Shown: positions 22,790 through 35,514, counted from the whole stretch's first letter. The stretch: DNA of 63,837 bases, filler included, from Octopus bimaculoides (GCF_001194135.2; 6 parts of 5 records of this genome joined end to end with filler, not necessarily neighbours in it), one strand, 5' to 3'. Numbers and translations: made by a program. Notes: a model not told the origin generated them from the letters alone.

Positions 22790-24600
22790 TCTTTGTGAAT
22801 GATCTAAACGTCTATACTCAAAATATTTACAATGAGAAACAGTGAGATTTAGTGACAACTGTTTCTACTGGTATAAAGATAGAATTTGGCCCAAAGAAAC
22901 TATTCCTGCAAGAAGTGAACCTCTGTCTTTCCTGTTCCACCCAATGAATGCTACAAACACTTATGTATCGATCAAAATATATCACACAAAGATGCTGTGA
23001 GTAAAGAGTAACCAAAGGATAACCAAGGCAAAGAGTAACCAAGGATATCGATACAAGTCTAATAAAAGATATTGTAATTAGAGGTTTCCTTTTACTACTG
23101 GTCAATATTTCATTTTTAGTTCCAGTACTGATACCAACATTTCGGATACTCAACTGGTCCACTGAGGAAATCTGCTCTATAGACATTATAACCTACAAAA
23201 TCCTGACATCAATTGCAAACATCCACAAAAGCGGTGATATTGACAGACTCTATCTAAAAAAGAAAAGGGGGTGGAAAAGACCTAAGTTTAGTGCAGAGAG
23301 CCTTTGAGTGCTGTATGATATTGTTCAAATAGTGTCTTCTAAACAACAGCAACAAAAATAATTGCATCAAGAAACAAAGTGAATAATATCTGGCAGATTG
23401 GTTGTAAAGACCTTGAGAAACACTCACATCCTCATAACCTCCCATGTAAACTCAGAACAATAGGACTAGCATATTTCAGCAGAAATTCGGAAGAGAAACA
23501 CTGTCAACCACTAAAAAAATTGGTGCATGGGTATGTTTCCCATAAGCTTGAGGGGAATGATAATATTGATTTCAAATGTTCACACACAGCCAGTAATTTG
23601 GGAGGAGGGATAAGTTGATTACATCAACCCCAGTGCTCCACAGTTACTTATTTTATTGACCCCCAAAAGGATGAAAGTCAAAGTCAACTTTGCTGGAATT
23701 TGAACACAGAATATAAAGATGGATGAAATGCAGAAGAGGATGATAATATTGGTTTCAAATTTTGGCATAAGGACAGCAATTTCAGGGGAGGAGATAAGTC
23801 AATTACATCAATCCCAGCATCAACTGGTACTTATTTTATCGACCCTGAAAGGATGAAAAGCAAAGTAGACCTCAGTGCGGTTTGAACTCAGGAGGATGAT
23901 AATATAAACATGAAGTATAACCTCTCTTGGACATTGCATCAGAGCTTGAAGGTTATGCTTTACAATCTAAGAACAGGAGATAGCTACAAAATATCTAATG
24001 AACAAATGAGATAATGAAACTTTTAAACATAGAGCTTCATGTTACAATTGTAAATGTCAACTATGCAACTTTTCTGTGGAAGATAAAACTCATGCAATCA
24101 GCAGCTGCCCAAAAATGTCATTGAGGTAATATTTGCCATTACAAGATGATGCTATTGCTGAAACAATATACAATGCCAACTGCAGGAATCTCTACCCTTG
24201 GGTAAATATTAACAGCACATGTATCCATATCAACACAAAGAACATTCCCATCTACTCTGCTACCAGGTGCAAACACTAGTCACCCAATATAGCTATTTGC
24301 AAACAAAAGTCAGGTTTTGTCATAGTGGTTAGCTGCGCTGTAGATGTAAACATTTCTTCTAGAATCAGTGAGAAGGAGAATATCTATGAGAATTGTCTCA
24401 AAACCTATGGTGTTTCTACTCAGATTACAAATGCACCTTTATCCCAATAATTATTGGTTCACTTGATTATGTTAGTAAATGTCTTAAGTGATAATCTGGA
24501 AAAGTTAGGATTTTAAGGCAAAGAAAGATACTGGCTAACAAGCACTTTACAAATGTAGTATGCGAGTGGAGCCAAAAAAATTTAGAAGACTTTCCTAAAC
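22790..24600 (+). mobile_element. Decayed RLE-type non-LTR retrotransposon (R4/Dong/Rex6-like), 3' half
   Basis: FVNDLNVY (YxDD-like), IKIEFG, PVLIPTFRILNWSTEEICSIDIITYKILTSIANIHKSGDIDRLYLKKK, CCHC region (HAISSCPKMSLR...LQDDAIAETIYN) and nuclease-like tail (HPNIAI...VVSCAVDVNISSRISEKENIY...FIPIIIGSL). Interrupted by SINE pieces at about 23585-23895. Confidence 0.75.
23585..23895 (-). mobile_element. Two tandem partial copies of a tRNA-derived SINE (aaggcggcgagctggcagaa family)
   Basis: Repeated ttacatcaa(t/c)cccag...acttattttat...gacccc..aaggatgaaag.caaagt. Same family at about 2232-2310 (-), 25868-26080 (+), 35185-35290 (+), 38476-38661 (-), 41105-41300 (-) and 54245-54440 (+). Confidence 0.75.
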
Positions 24601-26381
24601 TTCAATCTGTAGTACTTATCATTGTTGTTATCAAAATATAAGCAATGGAATTTTGTTTCTTTGTGAGAATTTCTTCATTTTAGGAATAATTGTAATAAAT
24701 AGAAAAGAAAAGGAAATATCATGATCATTGTCATCATCATCGTTTTTCTAATGTCTACTTTTCCACACTTGCTTGGATTAAATGGATGCCCTTCTTGTCA
24801 CCAACCCTTTCTCTTTTCCAAGTAAGTTAATATTTCCCCATGGCCAGGATTATTTTCACAGAAGATTGGAAATGAGTGACACTGTTTGTATGACACTAAC
24901 ACTCATTCGACATCAATCACACAATGACAAGACAACAAAATACTAAAATACAAGAAAATCACACGCATGCATGAGTACACACATGCGTACACACGCACAC
25001 GCACACAGTGGGCTTCTTTCAGTTTCTGTTCACCAGATCCACTCACAAGGCTTTGGTTGGCCTGCAGCTATCTCAGAAGACATCCATGATGCCCCACAGT
25101 GGTATCAAACTCATTGTCATGTGGTGGGGAAGTAAACTCCCAACTCCACAGGAAGGTCTTTATGTATGTGCATGTATGTTTGTGTGTGTATTATACACAC
25201 ATACACACCTAGATTTATATAGGTGTGTATGTTGAAGAATATGTTGATAGATGGGGTGTGAGTGATTAATATAATGTAAGAACTAAAAATTATATTTGAT
25301 TTAAATTATAATTTGGTAAAAAGGATGATAATTCTGGACATATTTCATTATTATTAAACTTCCTCAGCAAAGAATAGTCTTATTTTACTTATCAGATCTA
25401 AGGTGACGTGGGAGAATAATAACGATTTTCATTTAATTAACATTCATTGAAGTGGCAACATAAAATAGTGACGGGTGTAATTTAAATTAAAAGTTATTTA
25501 TTTATTTTTGTTTCACTACATTTTGTGTGCCAGTTCACACTTAGCTATGTGTATATACTAACTTTTTTGTTTTGTGAATTCTCAGTACATTAAAGAGTTC
25601 TCAGTACATTAAAGGAGTATTTCAGATATAATGTTCATCCAATATAAATCATGTTATTTTTAAATTGGTTAGTTTCACTTGACTTAACAGCCTCCCTCAA
25701 CAACCATTTCTGATTTGTTTCATCTTGTTTAAGAAGGTTTATAAGATTTTTGTTTCAGTTTTTTTTAAAAAATAATTGTGTGAATGTTTTCTTGATTGTG
25801 ACTGATGAAATTCTAACATTATATATTGCTGAATTTGTCTTTATTTATCATCATTTTCTAAATACAAAGATGGTGTATTGCCAGGATCAGTAGAACATCT
25901 AATGAAATGCCTAGTGGTATTTCTTTCTGTTTTTTATATTCTGAGTTCAAATCCTGTTGAGTTCAACTTTGACTTTCATCTTTTCAGGGTCATTAAAATA
26001 AAGTACCAGTCAAGTACTGGGGTTAATGCAATTGACTAACCCTACCCACTTCACCAATTGCTGACCTTGTGTCTATGTTAGAAACAACTATTTTCTCTCT
26101 CTCTCTTTTTTTTTTTTTTTTTTTTTTTCAAATTATGGTTTAAAATATTCAGTTTTAGATATTTCTGTTATGCTAATAGATTAAGAAACTATTAAATAAT
26201 TTAACAAAGCAAAACAATTTCAGTAACAAATAATTTATCTTATTCAAATACTCATTTGCATATGAAGTGAAACAATCCCAACCACAATTTTAAATTAATT
26301 AAAATTATGTTTAAAAAATAACAAAACAAAAAACACTATAGAGAAAAGTAAAATATTCAAAATTATACTATCTTTTTGCAA

Positions 26382-27078
26382 CATATATTGGTTTCAGGCT
26401 GGTAGTGATGGACCCAACTTTCGTCCATAGTAATGAAACGAGCAAGAAAATTCTCTTCATCAGCTTCAAACAGTTCCAGATTGCTCGTGGACAAAGCACA
26501 CCTGGTGTGTTTCTGTTCAGGAGCCAAAAAGCGAGGGACCCACCTTGCAGAAACCTTTGAGAACCCAAGTTCTTTTGTCACAATGTTGTCTGCTTTTTCA
26601 GTTGAGATGCCCAGTCTCTCGGCTATCTGACAACATGATATTCGGCGATCTTGCATTATCATATCAAGAGCAAGGTCAAGGTTGTCCTTGGTGGTTGCGG
26701 TTGGAGGTCTCCCTGGTCTTGGATCATCTTCCACACTCTCCCTGCCATACTTGAATTCATTTATTCAGCATTTGACTGTTGCATATGAAGGAGCATTATC
26801 TGTTAAGGTTCTCATCATATCTTCGTGGATTTCTGATGGAGTAATGCCTTTCAAATGAAAGTACTTTATGACAGCACGATACTCAGTTTTCTCCATTTTC
26901 CTTGTAAATTCGAAGCTTGTTTATTCAAAAATCTGCAGCAAAAAAAATAAAAATATCAGAATCATGAAAATGAGCAAGAATACTTGGAAAAGACTGTACT
27001 TACCAGAAAAAATTGTTTCAACTATATAGCAGCCCCGATTCTCGGTTAGGCTCAAAACTTTTCAGATACCCCTCGTAT
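26382..27078 (-). mobile_element. Mariner element, 5' half with left TIR
   Basis: TIR tacgaggggtatctgaaaagttttgagcc at about 27078-27050; MEKTEYRAVIKYFHLKGITPSEIHEDM...*...EDDPRPGRP...FSKVSARWVPRFL...FITMDESWVHHYQPET (WVPR motif and first catalytic D). Confidence 0.92.
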
Positions 27079-28764
27079 ATATTATATATTATATATATAT
27101 ATATATATATACAGAGAGAGAGAGATATGTTACAATGTACTTTTTGTTTCCTATCCTCCATGAGAACATGTCCAACCAGGGAAAACTATTAACTTGTTGG
27201 TAACAGGAAGGGTTTCAAACCATGTAAAATGGCCTCAATAAATTCTGTCTAACCCATACATGCATGAAAGAGTGGACATTAAAATGATGATGATGTAGTT
27301 AGGTCATGAATTTACAAAAATATACATATTGTCCATTGCTTTATCTCAGAGTTAAAAGTTTGAAGAATATGTTTAAATAAATCTTATGTCCTCTAAATAT
27401 ATTTCCAAACCATTCGCCAGAGATCTGATAATTTCATCATGTTTCTGCAATCTAATTTTATTCTCTCTGTCAGCAGGAAGTAGGCTGCTCACTCTATAAA
27501 CAGTTCATTTCTCTAAAAGCTTTCTTATGGTTTCTTCTTGATTGCTAATTGCTTCAATGAGATAGCCTGATATTTCTTGCTGTTTGTTCTGAGATCTGTG
27601 GTTGTTTCATACAAATTATTTCATTTATTTAATTTACATTTTATTATCATTCATGACATTAATTTTCACTCCCCCTCCCCAATTCAAAGCATGATTCCAA
27701 TACAGTATTACATGTCGACTGGTCAAATGTAAGCAATTCTGTAGTTATGAAATTAAATTGCAATTTACTGGATGCTATGTACTAATTTTGTATGTGTATA
27801 CATACACACCTGGGCAAGTGTCTCTGCTATAGACCCAGGCTGACCAATGCCTTGTGAGTGAATCTGGTTGATTAAAACTGAAAGAAGTCGATTGTGTGTG
27901 TGTGTGTGTATGTGTGTAAAGAACACAAGTGAGGTTCAAAATTCACAACAGCTGTTTTGGCAGCATTTTATTGATGCATTCTTAGATTGCATCAGGGCAA
28001 AAAACCATTCTCAGGTAAAATTTAAATATACAAACAGGTAAGACAGAAGTAGGTGACCAGTTTGCCAACAACCAAGTTAAAACAAGTGAACTTTTGAGAA
28101 TGTACTGTAGAATTTATCAGGAAATTGAGTCAGATAGATAGAGGGCAATTAGTTCAAAACTTTTTATTTTCAAGTTGCTATCTTAATTAGTTTATATCTA
28201 GTGGTCAAGGATCATTCATGGTCATATAAAATAAAAATTTTAAAAATGTCTATTCAAGAAATCATGCAGATAAGACACCATACCAAAAGGTTAAGGAGGC
28301 ATGGATTGTCGCCAATCCTCCTATCCTACAACACACTCTTACTCTTATGCATATCACATACTTAGATATATTCACTCAGTCATATATCCATACACACACA
28401 CACATACAGACATACATTAGTGTGTATATTCACACACATATGTATATCAGTATACACTAACATGCACACACATTTATATGCACCCACATATAAACATACA
28501 CACACACACACACACGCATACACCTATACTTTGTATGTGTGTGTATATATACACACACACATATATATAAAACAAATGATAGAAATCGAAAATGTAATGC
28601 ATGGGAAACTTTATTGCTCACAATGATCATTTCAACACATCCTGCATCGATCCAAAATGGGTGGAAAACTATACAACTAGTTGTGGTGCAGAAGCATCTT
28701 CTCAGGTGATGTAATAAAAGATATCTTCACTCAGATTTAATACATCATGTTGTTAGTGACTGTA

Positions 28765-28806
28765 GATTTAAGCCATTGGGCAGGAATGGCAAGGGACAGA
28801 TTCATT

Positions 28807-28868
<62 letters not shown>

Positions 28869-29395
28869 TGTATAAATGTACATATATATATACATATATA
28901 CATATATGTATAAATGTACATATATGTATATACACTGCTTGCGAAGACCTGTTGAGGCAAGTGAATTTGAAATCTGAAATCGAAATTGAACCGAATCCGA
29001 CTACTAGCACCCATGCCAACCTCTCCTTCATTGGACACTAAACTCTGCTTGTGAAGACGTGTTGGGGCAAGTGAAATCAAAATCGTAATTGAACCATATT
29101 CGATTACTGGCACCTGCGCCAGTGGAGCACTAACAGCACTGTCCCAGCGTGTTCATTGCCAGAGCAGCTGTCAGGCTTCCATGCTAGTGGCCTGTAAATC
29201 GTTGAGCGTAATCGTTACCAGTGTTGCCTTCTAGCACTTGTGCTGGTGGCACGTTAGAAAATCAGTCGAGTGAGGTCATTACCAGTGCCGCTGGACTGGC
29301 TCCCATGCAGGTGGCATGTAAAAAACAGCTTTTTGAGTGTGGCCATTGCCAGTACCATGTGACTGGCCCTTGTGCTGGTGGCACGTAAAAGCACC
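28765..29395 (+). mobile_element. Longer, older member of the (GAT)n-tailed family with upstream sub-repeats
   Basis: gcttg(c/t)gaagac.tgttg.ggcaagtgaa...gaaattgaacc repeated at about 28938 and 29047, leading into the gttaccagtgccgctggactggc / gtggcacgtaaaagcacc units; cut by gap. Confidence 0.6.
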
Positions 29396-30171
29396 NNNNN
29401 NNNNNNNNNNNNNNNNNNNNNNNNNNNNNNNNNNNNNNNNNNNNNNNNNNNNNNNNNNNNNNNNNNNNNNNNNNNNNNNNNNNNNNNNNNNNNNNTTCTG
29501 TACCTGTATATAAATAAACTAAAAAATGATCTCTTCATTTCTTGTGACTAACCTTATTGGTATTACCAATACGCACACACGTGTACAAAGGTGTGTATGT
29601 ATATACATATGTATACATACACACATATACAGGATGGCATTCAAATGTAGAGAATTCAGTTCAAGGAATTCCATCTGACCCATGCATGTGTGGAAAAGTG
29701 GATGTTAAAACAATGATAATGATATATTGTGCATTGCAGTAAATGTGTCTTTGAAACTCCTTTTAACATAGAATTTTATTAAATTTTGTTAATGATTTGA
29801 TTCTATCAGCTTCACAAATATAGAAAACCAATAAAAAGATAATCCCTATCAGATTGTGCTTTACTTTCCTGTTTGTGACTGGACAATACTACATAGTTCT
29901 ATTTATGATTACCTTATAAATATGCTGACTACATTTTAGAGCATGAAATTTTTTTTTATTTTGCAGTTGTTTTCAAAATAACGAGAATAGAAAACTATGT
30001 CATTATTGCAGTCATCATAGCATATTAATCACATTATTACCATCATATTTGTCTCACTGTCTCTACATTAAATGAATCTTAAGTCAATTACATTCTAAAC
30101 ACTAGCACACTCTCATTATATTCATAATCTCTCTACAAAACTCCATCAGTTACAATTTTTCTACAGTCATA

Positions 30172-30498
30172 CCGAGCGTGACCGTTGCCAGTACCGCCTG
30201 ACTGGCCTTGTAGGGTTTTCGAGCAAGATCGTTGCCAGTGCCCCTGGACTGGCTCTTGTGCGGGTGGCACATAAAAGACACCATTTCGAGCGTGGCCATT
30301 TTCGTGCGGGTGACACGTAAAAGCACCCACTACACTCTCTGAGTGGTTGGCGTTAGGAAGGGCATCCAGCTGTAGAAACACTGCCAAATCAGATTGGAGC
30401 CTGGTGTTGCCATCCGGTTTCACCAGTCCTCAGTCAAATCGTCCAACCCATGCTAGCATGGAAAGCGGACGTTAAACGATGATGATGATGATGATGAT
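30172..30498 (+). mobile_element. Young (GAT)n-tailed retroposon
   Basis: Near-identical to 19346-19611 with about 60 bp of extra 5' sub-repeat. Confidence 0.9.
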
Positions 30499-30804
30499 AC
30501 CCATTAATAAAACATACTATACAAGAGAGATCCTCTTCATGGCCACTAAATCTGTTTAGAATAGCAACCAAATTTCCTTTTATTTAAAAGAAAAAAAGGA
30601 AGGACTCATTAGATAATGTAGCCCTGCGTGCCAAATGCCTGAAAGGAAAATGGGATTGTTTTGCCTGGAATACCTTTGATCATAAGGTTGACCTGAGTTT
30701 CAATAACGACATAACAGTCTCTCTACTATTACTCTATTAGGAGAAACAAAACTCAAAATGCAAATAAGACAATATATGTTTTATTATTTATTACCTGAGC
30801 TCAG

Positions 30805-31194
30805 TGGAGGCGCAATGGCCCAGTGTTTAGGGCAGCGGACTCGCGGTCATAGAATCGCGGTTTCGATTCCCAGACCAGGCGTTGTGAGTGTTTATTGAGT
30901 GAAAACACCTAAAGCTCCACGAGGCTCCGGCAGGGGATGGTGGCGAACCCTGCTGTACTCTTTCACCACAACTTTCTCTCACTCTTATTTCCTGTTTCTG
31001 TTGTGCCTGTAATTTAAAGGGTCAGCCTTGTCACACTGTGTCATGCTGAATATCCCCGAGAACTACGTTAAGGGTACACGTGTCTGTGGAGTGCTCAGCC
31101 ACTTGCACGTTAATTTCACGAGCAGGCTGTTCCATTGACCGGATCAACTGGAACCCTCGACGTCGTAAGCGACGGAGTGCCAACAACAACAACA
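30805..31194 (+). mobile_element. Full-length tRNA-derived SINE with 12-bp target-site duplication
   Basis: TSD acctgagctcag at 30793-30804 and 31195-31206; A-box tggcccagtg, B-box gtttcgattcc; (caa)n tail. Confidence 0.92.
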
Positions 31195-31437
31195 ACCTGA
31201 GCTCAGAGTTTCATGCATGACACTTATAAAATGTTTGATAAGTATCTTTGAGTCACTGATGTAAGTTTTACTGCAAAAAAAGAAATATTGCTGCTGTAAC
31301 AAAATTTCACCATTACTGCAAACATACTTGATTTGTTTCCACATTAACAAAGTATACATTTGCTCACCACCCCAGTAAATCAAATTGTACAATAATTTTC
31401 TGATCACAATATCTATCTATCTATCTATCTATCTATC

Positions 31438-31768
31438 GTTCGGTAGTTCGCGTCAATGGGCATCTATCAAGACCCTTCGACATTGCACGTTCGGTCCGTC
31501 AGGGATGCCCCCTCTCATCGCTTCTGTACGTGTTGACTCTTGAGCCACTACTCCGGAAGCTGGCGACGCTGAGGGGCATCTCGCGAGAGTTGGGATGCGG
31601 GACGAGCGTGTGGGCATACGCGGACGACGTCACCGTCATAGTGTCTAGCCAAAAGCACATCGAGCTTGTCGGCGAGACACTGAGAGACTACGAAGCGGTA
31701 ACGGGAGCGAAAATCAACCGGGATAAGTCAGTGGGCTTGCGGCTCGGCACCTGGAGAAGCAAGCCCAT
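31438..31768 (+). mobile_element. Tx1/L1-clade reverse transcriptase fragment
   Basis: SVVRVNGHLSRPFDIARSVRQGCPLSSLLYVLTLEPLLRKL...AYADDVTVIVS...YEAVTGAKINRDKS. Open frame, CpG-rich, starts right after (atct)n and runs into a gap. Confidence 0.92.
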
Positions 31769-33282
31769 NNNNNNNNNNNNNNNNNNNNNNNNNNNNNNNN
31801 NNNNNNNNNNNNTTAATTAATTAANNNNNNNNNNNNNNNNNNNNNNNNNNNNNNNNNNNNNNNNNNNNTATATATATATATATATATATATTTACGTATT
31901 CACATACACATAATCTCGTGCTACATATAAAGGTTTAAACAAAGCCATTAATGTAATTACAACCAAAACAGCAAATGACATCTCAATTCCGATAAATGTC
32001 TGACATAAAAACTAAAAAACGAAAATAATAAATTATGTAACTAGAGAATATGAAATCAGAATCATATTAGTTAGAGAGAAAATATTAGATTGGTATCGGA
32101 ATATGATATCAATTAGTAACTATGACAGCTTTGATAATATCGTAGCTAATATACTTTATATCACAATTTGCGCGACAGATTTCATTTATATTTTTGAAAA
32201 TTTTATAACTAAGTACTCACTGAATTATGACGAAAAGTTTCATAGTACATGGGAACTATGGAAGCTAAATACATAAAATGTAAGCGGGATATGCTAGTAT
32301 GGTATCATTGGAAAACTTAAATAAATGTAATCTACATCAAATATTCACAACACAGCAGCAAAGTTGCAAAAGCAAATAAAACTATGTTATTCATAAACAT
32401 GTGCAACTGTGCTTTCTGTGCGACAATACAGGTTAATTACGTTAGCCTGAGTATTAACTACACTACTCAGATGGTGTCAAAAACAATGACTTTCATTGTC
32501 GGCCAGTATGCTCTGTTATTTTTGTTGTCTTTCAGAATTCTACTTAGTTTCGATTCTTGGGTGTTGCTTATGAAGCGACCGCATACTTTTTTTATGTTTC
32601 TCTCTGCGTTAGGAAACTGTGATGACATCATTAGTTCGATTATATTGTATTTTGTTGTCAGAGATGAGTCAAACTGTAACTTTGCTATCAGCCTTGACAT
32701 CTCATTCATTATTGTTCACCAATCACAACTCATATTGACTTTTGGTGCTAAGTTTAGAAATTAATTTTGTGAGCCTGAAAGTATAAATAGGAGTGTTTTA
32801 CATCCGCTAGTAGAGTTCATTTGACAGGCAAACAAATCCACGTCACGTTTCTCTCTCATTACTTTTATTTTTGTCTTAGCGATATTCATTGATGCCTGTC
32901 GGACAGATACCGAAGCCACATCACATTTTCTACTTTCTTTTAAGCACTGAGACTTAATACAGGCAAAATACGGTTGAACGTTTCCTGTTCACAGCACATA
33001 TATTACTATTATTATTTGCGGTAGGAGTAATACTTTAAGTATTAATAATTATACTACATATTTAAGTAGTTTAGTACCACAAGCTAGTTATGCCACGCGT
33101 CATTAACCTAGTTTAATTAAACTTTAATTCAAAATTTTCAATCAATCATTTTGTTTCACTTATTTGTATTTTAATCTATTTTTTTAAAGAATAAGATCAA
33201 TATTATTCCTCCTTAATCTATCATCAACTCAACATTAATTCGTCATTCATGATCAGATCTTCATCATCATCATCATCATCAT

Positions 33283-33313
<31 letters not shown>

Positions 33314-34110
33314 TCAACTCAACATTAATACGTCATTCATGATCAGATCATCATCGTCGCCGTTGTCATCACCATCATCATCACCATCATCACCATCATG
33401 ATCATCAGTAGCAGCGCAGCGCAGCGATGAAACGTTTAACCCTTTAAGCGCGTAACATTGGTTTACCGGTGGATGGCTTATTTTTCTCCATACCGTAGCA
33501 CTGGTGGGGTGCCAGATATATGGTAAAATAAAGTTCAGGAGGTCAGGTCTCAAAGGGTCAAAGGCGACACATGGCCAAGCCGTTGTCTCGTACTATTTGC
33601 GAAAAATATGGCCTCAACGCTTTTTCAGACCAGATATATTTAAATGAAGTCCAATGATTGAAACCAGTAAGAGAGGGTGAACATGAATGTTGGATCCTGT
33701 GTCGTTTTCAACAATAAACTTTTAGTTGTTCAATAATTAGCTTAACGTGCAAGTGACTGAGTATTCCGCAGACACGTGTATCATTTAAGTAAAGTCGAAG
33801 CCTGACCACCATGACTTCTTACGCAACAGGGATTGGTGTTTAAATTACGGGTACAATCCATCAGACAGGATCTACATTTTCCGTCTTCACAACTTAAGTC
33901 ACAAAACAAAGGTCAACTAGGAGAGACAATTGTCTGAAATGCTACACATTGGGGAAGAATCCACGATTTCGTGATTGCGAAGTGAAGTACTTAACCAATC
34001 AGCCAACCTGCGTCCATATGATTACAAACATACGCACACACGAGCGCACGGGTCCGCGCGTACACACACACACACATACACACACATGTGTATATATATA
34101 CACTTGTTTT

Positions 34111-34146
<36 letters not shown>

Positions 34147-34224
34147 CCTACCTGTTTCTCTATATCTTTCTCTTTCTCACTCTCTCACTCTCTCTAATTT
34201 TAATTATAACTTATATACATAAGT

Positions 34225-34528
34225 GTGGAAGTTCAATGGCCCAGTGGTTAGGGCAGTGGACTCGCGGTCGGAAGATCGCGGTTTCGATTCCCAGACCGGG
34301 CGTTGTGTGTGTTTATTGATTGAAAACACCCAAAGCTCCACGAGGCTACGACAGGGTGGTGGTGGCGACCTCTGTTGTGCTCTTTCACCCCAACTTTCTC
34401 TCACTCTTTCTTCCTGTTTCTTGAGTAAAGCTGCAATGGACTGGCGTCCCGTCCAGCTGGGGTGGGGGACACCGGGAAACCGGGTCGATGAGCCTGGCTA
34501 GTCTTTAAAAGGGCGCATAAATAAAAAA
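34225..34528 (+). mobile_element. tRNA-derived SINE: same head as 30805 but a different 3' module
   Basis: About 190 bp alignable with 30805-30999, then gcaatggactggcgtcccgtccagctgggg...gggaaaccggg..gatgagcctggctag and an (ataa) tail. Confidence 0.85.
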
Positions 34529-35514
34529 TGAATATATATAAGTATGCATATATATATATATATATTATTTTTATTATTATGCACACACACANNNNNNNNN
34601 NNNNNNNNNNNNNNNNNNNNNNNNNNNNNNNNNNNTTAATTAATTAANNNNNNNNNNNNNNNNNNNNNNNNNNNNNNNNNNNNNNNNNNNNACATTATGA
34701 AGAGATATTCGCATACATACACAAATATAAAGACATAATCACACGCGCAAGCATTTAAGGTTTGATTTCATACAAAGTGAGAGAGAGAATTTTTAAACCT
34801 ACGCCGGCCTGCCACTAAGCACACCATGTCCCACTTTACGCTTCATCAATTCTCCTATCCATAATGATATCCTTACTACTACGATTATGAAATCCAGAAG
34901 GATGAAATATAAAGTCGATTTATGCTCTAACTGGAATCAGAATGCAAATGGAATGAAATATTTATCATATTAAATTCAGAGAACTATGCACTAAATGATA
35001 TAACAACTTATCATACACTACTCAGTAACCAACCATTAATGAAAGACAATCACCATCTAATAATATAAAATAAGACATTCTTATGTAATGAACACCCGAT
35101 ACTGTAACGTTGAGGTAATGAATTGGCAGAATGTAAAGCACGACGAAAGGAAATGCGTTGTACTATTCGCTCTCTTCCTGGTCCGTTACTTTCTGGGATC
35201 GATAAAGTAAGTACCACTTGAACACTGGAGTCGATGTAAGGGATTTACCCCTTCCCTTATAGTTGCTGGCCTTGTGCCAAAATTTGTAACCATTATTCGT
35301 TTCTGATTTCCGAAACAAGTCACATTGGCCTTCCATTCCCCCGCGGTTTACATGTACCAGTCCAAAAAACGAATCCATATTTTTCTTGCTCCCTTCACAC
35401 GTCTTTTCCTCTCTTTCTCTTTCGTTTCTGAAGAAATCAGTTGTGGTCAGACCTGGAAAAGGGGACGCCCCACTAAATTCAGACTCCCAAGACATACCAT
35501 TTATCACCGAGGGT

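Noticed and set aside
30805-30875. tRNA gene (also 34225-34295 and other SINE heads)
   Set aside because: A/B boxes are present but there is no full cloverleaf, and the heads continue into SINE bodies with tails and a TSD.
32467-32709. 80-aa minus-strand ORF as TRAF4 exon 1
   Set aside because: No RING cysteine pattern and no convincing phase-2 donor; it cannot be fully excluded without transcript data.
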